Shown here: in pieces, positions 1-12,222 of the stretch
Position numbering within the stretch: the first letter of the stretch is position 1
Layout: every line of letters begins with the position of its first letter
Source: Camelus ferus
Taxonomy: Eukaryota
Assembly: GCF_009834535.1 (NCBI RefSeq)
Contig: NC_045697.1
Coordinates: 26,166,001-26,230,000, forward strand
Reading direction: 5' to 3'
Length of the DNA stretch: 64,000 bases
Notes under the pieces: model-generated
The model's database searches: none
Seen by the model: the letters and a program-made list of their open reading frames with translations, nothing else
What the model was told of the DNA's origin: nothing
Translations under genes and position numbers: made by a program

Positions 1-830
1 TTTGTAAGGCAGGATTGGCGATTGAAAAATTGGGCACATTGAAAGCTAAAGAGGACAACAGATTTTAAGGAGGACAATCGTTAAGGGCAGTGTGGGTACA
101 GAGGCAGAGACGATGGAATGATTGACGGCATCAAGGGACTTGTTCTATTGGTGACAGGGGCAAGAAGCACATTAAGCAGGAGCAAAGGAATAGAAGCTGC
201 GGAAGTTTAAGAGGTCAGGTAGTGGTCAGCAGCAATACTGAGAAGCTGAGGCCATGGAGGTGGGATTGTTCCGGCTGAGGATGAAACACAAGGATTTGCC
301 GTGCAAGTCAGTTTCCAATATGGCGTCACCACACAGGTCCTTGAGATTGTCAAGATTAACAAACCATGTGGTCCAAGGTGTGACCTTATCCACAGGGTGG
401 CTGACAATGCTGCCTGCCAACGGCAGGAGACAGGTGGTGTAGATGGGGAGAGGAAGGCGTACACATGTAGCAGGACATTAAAAGGGATATATTGCAAGAT
501 GGAAGCAGAATGTTGGTTTGAAAGTGACAATGGAGAGGAAGGATGTGTTGGCTCCATTTTCTGAGTAGCTTTCACAGAAAAGCCGCAGGATTTATAGTGT
601 AAAAGCAGGTGCAATTTATGTGAGTAGGTTCATGGAAAGAATAGTTGAGTAAAAGATGGCAGACCTAGTGTTCTTTTCCGACACCAGACCAGGGAAACTG
701 GTGCAGAGGTCTGCGTGCAAGCGGGATGTGCAAGTGCAAGTGCCGCCGCTTAGGGCTGACGTGTGGAAGGAGAGAGGGAGGAGGGCTCGGGGGCTTACTG
801 CGAGGAACGGATCTGAGCTACACAATGAAA
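1..830 (-). mobile_element. Old LINE2 internal (ORF2) remnant in the last DTHD1 intron
   Basis: Purine-rich + strand with degenerate antisense L2-like tracts (e.g. gaggtcaggtagtggtcag; ggtccaaggtgtgacc...gggtggctga). No intact ORF. Confidence 0.5.
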
Positions 831-1157
831 TAAATAACAGCCAAACAACAGAAAATGGGAATCATGCATTTAGGCAGTAGACAGGAGTCACAGAGTAAAG
901 GAAAGAGTATGCTGAACACATAGGATATATTCAGAGATGTTTGTGCTGCTAAATAGTCCAGAGGCCAGGGGAAATGTTGGTGTAAAGGACCTTCCCCTGA
1001 ACTGTACTTTGGTTAGTGGATCTTGGTGAGTTGTGTGTGTCTGTGCACGTGCATGTAGCTGAGGGGCTGGGGCATAAGCATTGCTTAGTTGCCTTTATGC
1101 ATCTGGTTAGTACTAATTAAGAGAAGTATCTTTTGAACCTAAAAACATCATTTAGCA

Positions 1158-1332
1158 TAGTGCCACTCAAAGTATGGTTAAGGACCTCAGTGTCAGCATC
1201 ATCTGGGAGCTTGTTAAAAATCCCGTTTCATCCCTACCCTAGTCTTCCTTAATTAGCCTGTCTGGGGAGGGGCCTAAAAACCATTTTAACCAGTCCTCCT
1301 GGATCTCTGGGAAGTGAAAATTAGAGAAGTAT
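1158..1332. mobile_element. MER5A-like hAT-Charlie non-autonomous DNA transposon
   Basis: ctcaaagtatggt...cagcatcatctgggagcttgttaaaaat...ttttaaccagtcctcctgg...tagagaa resembles the MER5A consensus. Confidence 0.7.
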
Positions 1333-1501
1333 TTCTAACCGTCTGCAGTGTAGGTGGTTCCCTTAGAAGAAGATCCCAGAAAGATCAGGGATTCAAAGGC
1401 TCTCAACTGTCCATCCGGGTGGTCCCACATTTTTCAGAGGCCAAATAAGAGATGGTGTAGCATAGATGTCCTGAGAACAGGTGGAAGGGTCCTGACACTG
1501 A

Positions 1502-1882
<381 letters not shown>

Positions 1883-2553
1883 TCGGTTGGAAGATGGCTT
1901 CTGTCAACATTTTACTAGCGGTTTCCAAGTAATGTTGTTTGAAGGGAATCTATTTGACAGACATGCTATTGAGACAAGGGAAGAAGCACTAATCAAACAA
2001 TAAAAAACATTTGTGGATTTGAGTTCTCCTTCATGGTTCAGTGATAGATGTTCTGCAAGCAGGATTGTCTTGAGTTCAGCCAAACTCAGTAGCCTTTGTA
2101 ATCGAGTTCACCCTGTTTTTATTTCATAGCTGAGGTTGCTCTTTAAGTGTGAAGGAAAGGTAATACAGGCAGGATCCATTTGTTACTGTTATCTACAGGA
2201 AAGTAAACTAGTCATGCAGGAAGGACACCCAGCAACTAATTCATGTTATGCACGTACCGCGGAGCCCACAGGTAACAATAAAGCATAACTGGGCTACAGA
2301 GACCTGATGTTGATGACAACAAATCGCTTTAAGAACTATATTCAATACCTTGTAATAGCCTATAATGAAAAAGAATATGTAAAGGAATATATATGTATAA
2401 TTGACTCACTATGCTGTACACCAGAAATTAACATAACATTGCACATCAACTATACTTCAATAAAAAAATTAAGAAAAAAAGACAAGGTTGAAATAAATTA
2501 AAAATAGAATAACACTTCAGCCATTTACTGCCACAAATTTTTCTTTTAATAAA
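1883..2553 (+). other. DTHD1: Probable DTHD1 3' UTR with candidate polyadenylation signals
   Basis: AATAAA occurs at 1999-2004 (followed by a GT/T-rich stretch), 2277-2282, 2459-2464 (L1-derived) and 2548-2553. The real cleavage site cannot be determined from sequence alone. Confidence 0.5.
2331..2480 (+). mobile_element. Short 5'-truncated L1 3' end with A-rich tail
   Basis: ctatattcaataccttgtaatagcctataatgaaaaagaatatg...ctatgctgtacaccagaaattaacataacattgcacatcaactatacttcaataaaaaaa; similar to the L1 3' end at ~46800-46940 in this window. Confidence 0.85.
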
Positions 2554-3384
2554 AGATAGCCTAGACTAGGAAACCCTCATATTTTATTGTTAGTGAAATG
2601 AGGTAGCGCAGAGACAATGAAATTATCAGTGAAAGAACTCAGGGCCTTTTGCACCTGCTTAGGAAAATAACCTGCTTCGAAATCAGTTTGACAGAAGCCT
2701 TATTACACAAGCCCTATATGCTCATTATATTTTTTAAAAAACCTGCCTGTAAAAAACACAAAACTAAAAGAAACAAATCATAATTACCTAAGTTCCTCCA
2801 TCATTGATAATCTCTGTGAATGTTTAGTGTTTACATTTTGAGACCTTGGAAAACCTAAAGCACTGTAGCTCCCTGAAACCGTGTGACACGAATGGGGCAT
2901 TTCATTAGTACCACCAAGTCATGCGTGGGAAGCCATTGGGGCCTTGACTTGCAAACGTCAGTAGTGATTAGTTTCGATTATTGAAATGATCTGAAAATTA
3001 ATGAAATTACATGAAAAATTAAACACTTATACGGTTCTCAAATTGAAAGATAACATCTATAAATTAACCAGGGACTTAGATCTCTGTTTGGTTATGTATT
3101 TAAAAAGAGAATTCCAATTTTCAAACACATTCCTATTAAGAAAGCTTTTAGCAGGATTTTTATTTTTATGTATTTCCAGAAAGGTACAATATTTTTCATG
3201 TGTGAAGAAAATAGACTGAAATGTTCATTGTTTTTATGACTACAAAATGACAAAAAAGTCAAGAAAATAAGATTTGTCTCTTACTCTGCCCCTAGAGATG
3301 ACTATTAAGAAAATATTTTATTCTGATTTTTCTTTTTTCTTGGAAAGAAATATTTCTACTTCAGTGCATATAGATGTCTATAAA

Positions 3385-4010
3385 CACAATCACCTATGCA
3401 CACACACACACAAATCTCCTCATACATATCACCGCACTCACCACCTCCTCACTTACACACATCTCCTCACACCCCCTCCCCATGTCCGCACACCCCCACA
3501 AGCCGTCTCACTCACACAAACACACGTCTCCTCCCACGTACCTTTCACAAACAGCCTCCAACACATATGCCTGCCCCGTACACAGACACCCACAGACTGT
3601 CATCCTCCTGTACATCCTCAAGTGTGTTCACACACTGTCACACATCCTCCCGCATACTCCACTCCCACCTCTCTTGCACAAACACACTGCTTCACATACG
3701 ACTCCCCCACACATCCACCCTTACACACAGACAGTCTCGGGTCCACAGGGACACTTTCACACATGCCTACACACATGCACACATACACTCATTAACATAC
3801 ACATATACTTGTTAACATCCTCACCAACACACACTCACACACCATGTCACATTGCCTGTGCACCTTCACATACACACATACACTCTCACAACAGCTCCCA
3901 CCTCTCTCTCTCTCCCCATCGCTTTCTCTCACACACAGACACTCATTCACTTTCATACCCTGACAGGCACACATCCCTTCACACATACACTCTGACACAC
4001 ATTTTCCCTC
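3385..4010. repeat. Degenerate CA/CT-rich low-complexity tract
   Basis: About 620 bp of interrupted acacac/ctcac units; it generates His/Thr/Pro-rich ORFs in all three + frames. Confidence 0.9.
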
Positions 4011-4099
4011 AGCATTAAAAAATGCACATATTATTGCAACAATAAAATAATATAAAGGTATATGAAGATAAAAATGGATCATCTCTGCAGCACCTGCTC

Positions 4100-4578
4100 T
4101 CCCTTAGGTAGTCAAAGGAATCATCAGTCCCATACATGGCATGTGCCTCGTGTGTTCAGGGTGCCACACCCATGCCTTACCCTCACACATCCTGCTGTCT
4201 GTCTGGTGGGCTGACCTGGAGGGATCACGTCGCCAACGCTCTGGCTTCTCTGTAGGCTTGGTAATGCGGAGCCCCAGCGGGAGGCTGGGAGGAGGGAGGA
4301 AGGTGAGCTGGACTCTTCCTCTTTCTTTCTCCCTTGAATTCACCATGGCCCGGCTGTGTCCCCCACCCGATGGCCACCGTTCCTCTCCTTTCTGGCAGTT
4401 CTCTCCTGGGGCTGGGAATCTCTCCTGCTGGGGCCGCATCAGTCCTGGGACAGTGACAGCTCCACTACTGCACTATCCCTTGTGGTCCCTCATGCCCTGC
4501 CCACTCTGAAGACAAAGCCTCCTCTAATTATTCTAATTTGAGGTTATCATGTGTTTCTTTGAGACCCTGACTGATACT
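4100..4578 (+). mobile_element. ERVL-class solo LTR (LTR33-like)
   Basis: The 3' end ctcctctaattattctaatttgaggttatcatgtgtttctttgagaccctgactgatac resembles the LTR33 terminus. Confidence 0.6.
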
Positions 4579-4599
4579 TCTCATTGAAACTTAGACTTT

Positions 4600-5260
4600 T
4601 TTTTTTCCAAAATGGGGGTCATATATTGTATGTAGTTTTAAATATTATCATATTTTATTAATTTGTGAACATTTTCCTATGTCTTTAAATGTTTTAATAG
4701 CTGCAGAATATCCCACTTCGTAGCCATAGCATAATTAATTTTAGTATTACTAATTTTTGAATTTAAAAATGGAATAATGCAGTATATATTCTTTCACATC
4801 TGGCTTTTTTATTCAACTTTATGTTGTTGAAATTCAACCATGTTGTTTGTGTGGCAATAATTTGTTCCTTCCCATTAATAAATAATATTCCATTCTATGC
4901 AGATACTATAAATTACATACCTCTTCCACTGTAAATAGGCATTTCAGAGGGTTCCAGCTTGGAGCTATCATGAACAGTTATTTTATAAACTTTCTGTAGA
5001 CACTTTTTAGTGAACATATGTTCTAATTTCTTCCAAGTATATGCCTAATTTATTTAACCTTTCCCCTCTTGTTATATATTCATATGACTTTCTTCTTTCC
5101 ATAAACCAATACTACAATGATCATTTTTCTACATATGTATATGAATTATTATTTCATTAGGATACTTACTGGAAACATTTTTATTACTGTTCTCAGTAAT
5201 AAATGGGATTACTTACTGGGAACATTTTTAAGGTTCTTGATACACAAGTTGCCATTTTAT
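4600..5260 (-). mobile_element. Old L1 (L1M-type) 3' region fragments
   Basis: aaaatggaataatgcagtatatattc...tctggctttttt attcaac...aatattccatt...ttccagcttggagctatcatgaa are antisense L1 3'-end motifs. Confidence 0.75.
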
Positions 5261-5597
5261 ATTCCAATCATCAGGTTATGAAGATTCTTGGGAAAACAGT
5301 ATTTTAAGTATATAAATGAATCAACAGTATTTTAAATACATAAATGAACGAGGCACATAACATGAAATTCTACAACCTAGGTGAACCTGGATTGTCTTTA
5401 ATTTCTCCATTAAGAAAAAAAAGATATTGGCTCTAATCTTTTATGGTGTTTCTTCTACTAATGAATAGAGCATATTCTACTGGTATTGACATTTTAAAAA
5501 AGTATCAGAAGGAGAAATAATAGAGCAGATACATGGACAGATTCCAGGATACCAGGGAACTTAGCAAATACAGCTAATTGCCAATGAAAGGAATGTT

Positions 5598-5950
5598 AAG
5601 TTCATTTATTCAGTGGATATATATTGAACACAAACCCCGCGTCAGGCAACATTTTCACTGCCCCGAGCACAGAAATGGTAAGAGACAGTCCCTAGGTTAT
5701 GCTTTCTGTGTAAAGGAAGAGCCAATGAGTGCGATCAACATATTGTTTATTGCCTATAGTGAAACTAGCTCTTCATGCTTAGCCGTTTACAAGTATGCAC
5801 TTATTTAATTCTCCCAGTGTCCTATGAGGTAGGTACACCGCCCCGTTTTACAAGAGAGGAGACTGGAGATTAGAAACATGCCATGCCCTGCTGATGGTCC
5901 CAAGTGAGTGACATAGGATTCAAACGTAGGTTGTTGGCTTAGTTCCCATC
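5598..5950 (-). mobile_element. L2 3' end followed by MIR
   Basis: ttcatttattcagtggatatatattgaacac (L2 tail), then ttatttaattctcccagtgtcctatgaggtaggtac...ccgttttacaagagaggagactg (MIR core). Confidence 0.7.
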
Positions 5951-6835
5951 ATATCATGTTGTCACTAAGCTAAGAAGAAAAAGGAGGGGAATGGACATAC
6001 TGATTTGCTCCTAAACTTTCACTATTCCCACTTCTCATTTCGCACAACATTTCTAATTCATATCAGAGGTGCAAATAGATACTGGTTTTGCGGATGAGGA
6101 TGGGGATGGGAGAAGGGGCAGGAGTGAGAGGGGATTGTGATCATTGATATTTGTCCCAAGTCAGCTAGTTAAATGCTCTCTTAAGACTTGTCTGAGAGAC
6201 TGATAGATTAGGATAATACTGCAAACTGACCTAACACAAGCTGGTGATGCATAAACATTGGCTTATTTGCGGTAGATATCAGCAATAGTTAGAGCTACAT
6301 TGCCACAACTTGGCTACTTGGGCACATCAAGAGCCCTCCAAATAGTGGCTGCAAAGCAGGACCGTTGAGCAACGAATCCTTCTGCATCATTACTGAGATG
6401 CCTGTTTTATACCACAGAGGGGTAAGAATGTTTCTACATTTTAGAGTCAGTCTATATACCCTGAGTCACATCAGTTTCACTAATGAAAACCCATTACAGC
6501 CATCATTTTGCTAATTATTAAGTACCAAATTCTACAAATTAAAAAAAAATTTCTAACATTTATTATTCTAGTTAACAAAACCTATGATGTTAAATCATAG
6601 TTATCTTGAACAAATGCTTACCATAACTGAGATATAAATTTATGATTAGAGCAATTGATTATTCCCAAAAAATATAGCTTAAATGAATGCACACACAATA
6701 TCACATTGTATATTCTGAAATATTTTAAAGTAAAATAGAAACAACTTAATAAGTAAGTTAAGTAGGCTTTGAAAGCAACATAATACAATTTTCAAAATTT
6801 CTAAATTTTGTGAGGAAAGTTCGATTTTCCTAACC

Positions 6836-7030
6836 CAGTGTTTCTCAATGGGAGTGTTACTGGCATCTTGGCTGAAATATTTTAAGTAACCTGAACTGGC
6901 TCACACATTGTAGGCCATTCAGCACCCCTGACCTTCACCTATCAAATATGCAGATCATACCCTAGTAAGTGTGAGAAACAAAACTTCCACATAGTTCCAG
7001 GCATGGGGGAGGGCAGTTGGGAGAACAGAG
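6836..7030. mobile_element. MER20-like hAT-Charlie element
   Basis: Begins cagtgtttctcaa, contains cattgtaggccattcagcacccctgacc, ends ttgggagaacag. Confidence 0.65.
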
Positions 7031-7519
7031 AAATGCTATCACTGGACTTAAGAATAGGGTGCATGGACCTTAAGGGAGGGTGTTGAGAACAATCGTCTTA
7101 ACTTTTGGTTTGAAGCAGGGCGTAAAGAAAGGGTGGAATAAGTTAAGGGAAAGTTGGAACATTATAAGCAAAAGAGGGTCCTACCATACACTCTCCAACT
7201 GCTATCAGTGTTTGCAAGAAATGTCAACTGCTGTTTGATGAGCAGTCCCAACATACTTCTACTGAGGGGACCCTCTGAGTTATAGCCAGAGTTGTGCTAT
7301 CAAATGAGAAGTTTGTCTAAGGCACACAGTCAGGCTCGCTGAATTTAGAAAAGCAGTAGTCCAGAAGAAAAGGAAAATGTTGAGTGAAGTTGAAACAGTG
7401 GCTGACGCTGGGCTTGGGCGTCCCCCTGTGGCTTAGCTAAGCGTGGCTTCTGTGACTCGACCTCATCAGAATGCCCCGAGCTACGGACGTCAAGATGTTC
7501 TGACAAACTGCACATCATT

Positions 7520-8185
7520 TAACCCTCATCTTGCCCCTTCTCTCAGGTGTCCTCCACTGGAGCTTTCAATTCTCCCCACTCTGCATTTACTACCTAACAA
7601 ACTAAATATTTCACAGTTCAATTATGGTTATTGTTTATTTTTTTGCAAACCCCCGCCTGAGGGCATGCTATGCAAGGGTCAGGGAGCCCGTCTCTTTTGT
7701 TCAGTGATGTCTTCCCATGACTTAGAACTCCATCTGGCACTCACTGAATGTTTCTCTGTTTTCTTATCCTTACTTTACAGATGAGAAAACTGCAACACAG
7801 AGTTACAGTGAAGCTCAGTCAGTGGCAGAGCCTGGATTAGAGCCCAGACGATTCTGTTTTCAAACTCCTGGTTATTTTTACTTCTGACTTCCTGCCCTTA
7901 GCTCCCTCCACCCCTCTCCCTTCCGTAGTCCTCTCTTTTCCATAACCTCGGGTAACGTTTTTCCAGTTCCCTGAGTACCTTTATCGTCCTTGGCACTACT
8001 TATAGTTATAGCACTTCTGAACCCTGTAGTAATTGCCTATTTATCTGTGTTTTTCTCCAATCAGTCTGTAAGTGTCTTGCAAGCAGAGATCGAGTTTTGT
8101 TCATCATTGAATTTCAGCACCCTGTACAGGTCCCAGCACATAGTAGGTACTCAATAGGTCTTTGTTGAATTAATGCATGAATAAT
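7520..8185. mobile_element. L2 3' ends (+) with an intervening MIR fragment (-)
   Basis: L2 tail gcacatagtaggtactcaataggtctttgttgaattaatgcatgaat at ~8135-8180; MIR core tttacagatgagaaaactg at ~7774-7791. Confidence 0.75.
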
Positions 8186-8439
8186 ATCCACACAGTGACA
8201 GGCTTGGACCCTCTTTTCCCATTCCATCTTCCTTTTGGAAGCGACACTGTAGGGGCAGGTGTCATGTCTGAAAAGGTAAAATTTAGCGTGGACTGTAAAC
8301 ATCTGCTTTGCCATTCATCAGGCTGGAATAACAGGCAGAGATGAAGCCAGCTGCAAGGTTAACAGGATTCAGTATTTCTCCCTCAAACACACTGCAGCTA
8401 TAAAGTGTTCCCTTCTTTGAGAGACTGCTGCTTTCTTAC

Positions 8440-8910
8440 ACACTGAGAAATTTTGTTCTCCCAAATCACAAGACTACCAGAAACTTTGCTGTTTGAAATT
8501 GTAACAATAAGGAAGAAATACTGCTCTCTTGCCTGGAGGATGTAAGTCATTTCGACAGGAAAGCAGTCTCAGTTGACAACCTGGGTACAGAGCATTGGAT
8601 AAAGGTTTCTGGATACAACAAACACATCTATCTCAACATTAACGTTTCCAAGGAAACAGGACTCAGGGTCCACTTTGCAGAGAAGACCTGATGTTGAGCC
8701 CTTCACACAGCTCTGCTTTGCTTTGAACCCATCAGAACACTCAGCTCCACCCTTCTCCTAAGACCTCAAGTAACTGTCCTTGCCTTTGTTTAGTGATACA
8801 CCACTGTTTCTCTGGTGCACAGTCTCTTTCATTTTAGTGAGCCATTAAACCCAACTTTGTTAAACTTTAAGTATGTGCCTGGTGGTCCGAGGCTGAGTGG
8901 GCTACAACAT
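8440..8910 (+). mobile_element. Old LTR (probably ERVL class, MER73/MER74-like)
   Basis: The 3' end attaaacccaactttgtt...gtatgtgcctggtggtc...ggctgagtgggctacaaca resembles recalled LTR termini. The 5' boundary is uncertain. Confidence 0.45.
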
Positions 8911-8931
8911 CTATGCTTCTGTGCTCTGGTC

Positions 8932-9085
8932 CAGTAGTTCCTAAATTGGAAGCATGTTAGACTCAGCAGAGGGTGCCTGGATCCACCTGGAGAAATTCTG
9001 ATTGAAGTAGTCTTGGGTGACTCCTGGGAGTCATAATTTTAAAGCTCCCCAGTTGATTCTGCAGCCAAGGCTAAGAATCATTCTT
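8932..9085. mobile_element. MER5A-like hAT element
   Basis: cagtagttcctaaatt...gaaattctgattgaagtagtcttgggtg...gcagccaaggctaagaatcatt. Confidence 0.65.
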
Positions 9086-9900
9086 CTAGCCAAGTGGACC
9101 TAGAGAAATCTAGAATGTGAAAATTCAGTTTCACCAGACCACAGCTTAGCTCTCTAAGCCAGAAACTTTGGCTACAGACTCGAGGAGACTGTATTCTTAG
9201 TGAATAACTGAAGTGATCTTTCTATACATGGAAGCTGAAGGGTATTGCCTACTCTTTTGAATTCCTGCCCAAAGTACTCTCTCAATTATTGTTTTTATTT
9301 TTCATGGTTATCACAGGCCCAAGAGTAACACAGGAGGGAGAGTGGAGGAAACAGAGTAGGCTCTGTGCTGTGCTGAATATAAAAGGTTTTTTCCCTTGGT
9401 TTATAGTCTTCTTTTGAGACAATTCATCTGTTCATAAGACTAGGTAGGGTGGAGTCAAGAGCTGAGGCAGGGAGTTCAGATAGCTGGGAAGGACTCAGAG
9501 GACACTGAGCCAGAGGAACTCAAATATAATTTCAGTAATCTGTCTTAGTGAAAATAGCCACCCCCAAATTATAAAGCTGAATTGACATCCCTGGAAGTGA
9601 TTATTGTACACCTTTAAATTTGGTCCCATTAATTGACTACACACCTAATCATACACTGTGAATCAGTATTTTTGATTTTTTTCTCTCATTTTAAAGAGAA
9701 AAATTATATTTCATTATATTTGTGTGCTAAAATTTTTAAATGTACTGTATTATATTATTTATAGCATATTTTTGGCCATTTTTATACATGCTGATGGCTT
9801 CAAAGATTGAAAGTGACCCAGGCCTTGCTCCACCTGAAAGGCTGTATCTGTGCCAGACAAGCTGAAACTTAACAAATAGTCATGGCAAATACCTAGATGC

Positions 9901-9918
9901 CACCACAAGAGGGCCTCT
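9901..9918 (+). promoter_or_regulatory. Candidate CTCF motif (forward)
   Basis: CCACAAGAGGGCCTC at 9903-9917 fits the CTCF core CCAC(C/T/A)AG(A/G)(G/T)GGC; it lies in apparently non-repeat sequence. Confidence 0.45.
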
Positions 9919-10781
9919 GTGTCTCAGATAAAATTAAGGAAACATTCAAGACTACAGAGAAATCCTTTTATGTTGACGAATAATTGTTTTGCATGATACT
10001 TAAATTTTTTTTATAAGTTATTTTAGGGCAGAGGGCATAACCTCACTTATGGTCAATATACTGTTAATGTAATAGTGCATCACTCTGTGGCTAACTTCTT
10101 CTCTAATATTCTGAAATGTCTAATTCTCATTTGATATGAAGGAACAAGGTACACAGAAACTCCAGCACCTGTAGAGGCTTTATGTTTCATTGTATCTTCT
10201 GTTTCTTTAATCAAAGCAGCAGAAATAATAGTGGAATCTATTACTGATCACAGAAAACAATATGTATAATTTCTTTGAAGCTATCTGGATATAGAAATTA
10301 AAAGTTAAACTATTAAAAGTATTATGGAATAAATGTATTTTTGATTCACTTCACTTTCCAGTAAGTGCTATTAACTGATTTGATGTCTAAATAATTACCT
10401 TCTAGCTTCTGAAAGGTTCTGAATGGAGTGTTGCTATGTTTGTCAGTAAATAAAAATGGCTTACATTCAAAATGAAGTAAGATTTTTATTAAAATTCAAA
10501 TTCTGAATTAAGATTATTATTTAAAAATAATCAAGTGATATTTTTCAGAACATTTTAGTTGTGATTTTAAAATAATGTATTTCTGGGATTGAATTCTTAA
10601 AAAAAGATGAATATTACCCCTTCCACAAAGCATCACAAAACACACAAACCAACAACAGTGTGATGGCAGTGGAAAAGCCCCTGAACATAAAGCAAAAATG
10701 AGGACAACTGAAAACAGTCAAACATACAAAGATGACTACTAAAATGTACTTGACTGTATTAAAGTATTTGCCATTTCTCTT

Positions 10782-11072
10782 TGTAGGAAAGCAATACATT
10801 CCTGACCCATTGATGTTACTCTTGGCCATATGACTTAGAGTGCCCAATGAAATATGTGACATATATGAGCAGAAGCTACATAGCCATTGAGTGGTTCCAC
10901 CATGTTTCTTTTCTCCCTGCTTTGAGGTCAGCAAAGTCTCAATGAAGAATATTCTGTTAGCCTGGATCCTAGAGCACAGAAGAGATTCACAGCCTGCTTA
11001 TAATACATAGCATAGAAAGTATATGTGAAAAAATATATTTGATTGTAACTTCCTATTACCCTGATCGATACA
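10782..11072 (+). mobile_element. MaLR solo LTR (MLT1I/J-like)
   Basis: cttggccatatgactt...ccaatgaaatatgtgac...gagcagaagct...agcctggatcc, ending cctgatcgataca. Confidence 0.7.
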
Positions 11073-11329
11073 ATTAATTTACCAGGTATAAGGAAGAAAC
11101 CAGACTAGCGCTGGTTATCAATGCTATCAGACTTTAATAAAAGCAGTAGAGCTCTGGGCTCTATAGGCAAGGAAAAAGACAAAAAATTGATGAGAAAGGC
11201 ATCAAAAATGCAAAGATCAGAACTGTTGGTATTAACAGCAGACTGCCACAGCAAATGGGGGAAATTAGAAGCCATTATAGGAATGACAAGCCCAAATATT
11301 ATGCCACTGAGGAAAGATAAATAATAAAT

Positions 11330-11625
11330 ACCAATTTATTGAAGGCTGACTGTATGCCAAGAACTTTTTATGTATAATTTCATTTTATTCTCTTAAGTAT
11401 CCTTCAATTATTTGGTATTATTTTTCTTTCCTAGATGATGAACAGGTTTTGAAATGTTAAAAGTTCATTCATTTACACATTTCCTTGTTCATTTGTTTAC
11501 CTATTCACCCATTCATCATTCAATCAACAAGTATTTATAAAGCAGCTATTATATACCAGGTGGTGCAGTTAGGTTTTTAAGTCCATCCCTATCTGATTTC
11601 AAGAGTCTATGTTCTCTCCACTCCA
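11330..11625 (-). mobile_element. MIR with an embedded L2 tail
   Basis: atttattgaaggctgactgtatgccaag; cattcatcattcaatcaacaagtatttat; tctgatttcaagagtctatgttct. Confidence 0.6.
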
Positions 11626-11633
11626 TAGAACTC

Positions 11634-12222
11634 TGCAGTCAGCAGAATTCTAAGATGACCCCCAAGATTTCTCAGTCTTTTGTCATAGACACTCTAAGTA
11701 ATCCTCAGGATTATGAGTGTTATGGATTTAACTCTAGGATTAGGAGTTGGCACAGCTGATTTTAAAATGAGATTATTCACTTGGGCCTGACCTAATCACA
11801 TGAGCTGGACTCAGAAGGAAAAGTCAGAGAGAACTGAAAGAGATTCAAGAGGAGGAAGGTTCTCAGTTTCTGAGTTAGAAGGGGGCATATGGTAAAGATC
11901 TAAGTGTAGCTTCTAGGAGAAGAAAGCAGTCCCTGATGACAGCTAGCAAGAAAATGGGGACATCAGTCCTACAACCCCAAGGAAATGAAGTCTATCAACA
12001 GCCTGATGGAGCATGGAAGTGTAGCTTTCCCTAGTCATACCTCCAAATGAGGACAAGGCTGGCCAACATCTTGAATTCAGCCTCCTGAGACCTAGCTTGA
12101 GTGAAGGACTAGCTGAAATGTGCCAGACTCCTAACCTATGGAAATGATAAGCATATAAATATGTGGTCTTCAAGTCATTAAGTATGTGATAATTTGCTAC
12201 ACAGCAAAAGAAAACTAATGCA
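11634..12222 (+). mobile_element. MaLR solo LTR (MLT1E/F-like)
   Basis: cagaattctaagatgacccccaagatt...gggcctgacctaatcacatgagc...cagcaagaaaatggggacatcagtcctacaac...aatttgctacacagcaaaagaaaactaatgca. Confidence 0.85.

Noticed and set aside
207..880. Overlapping ORFs on both strands as upstream DTHD1 exons
   Set aside because: They lie in L2-like sequence and show no recognisable DTHD1 similarity.
3274..4082. Long His/Thr/Pro-rich ORFs (up to 214 aa)
   Set aside because: They are a by-product of the CA-rich low-complexity tract, which lacks stop codons in several frames.
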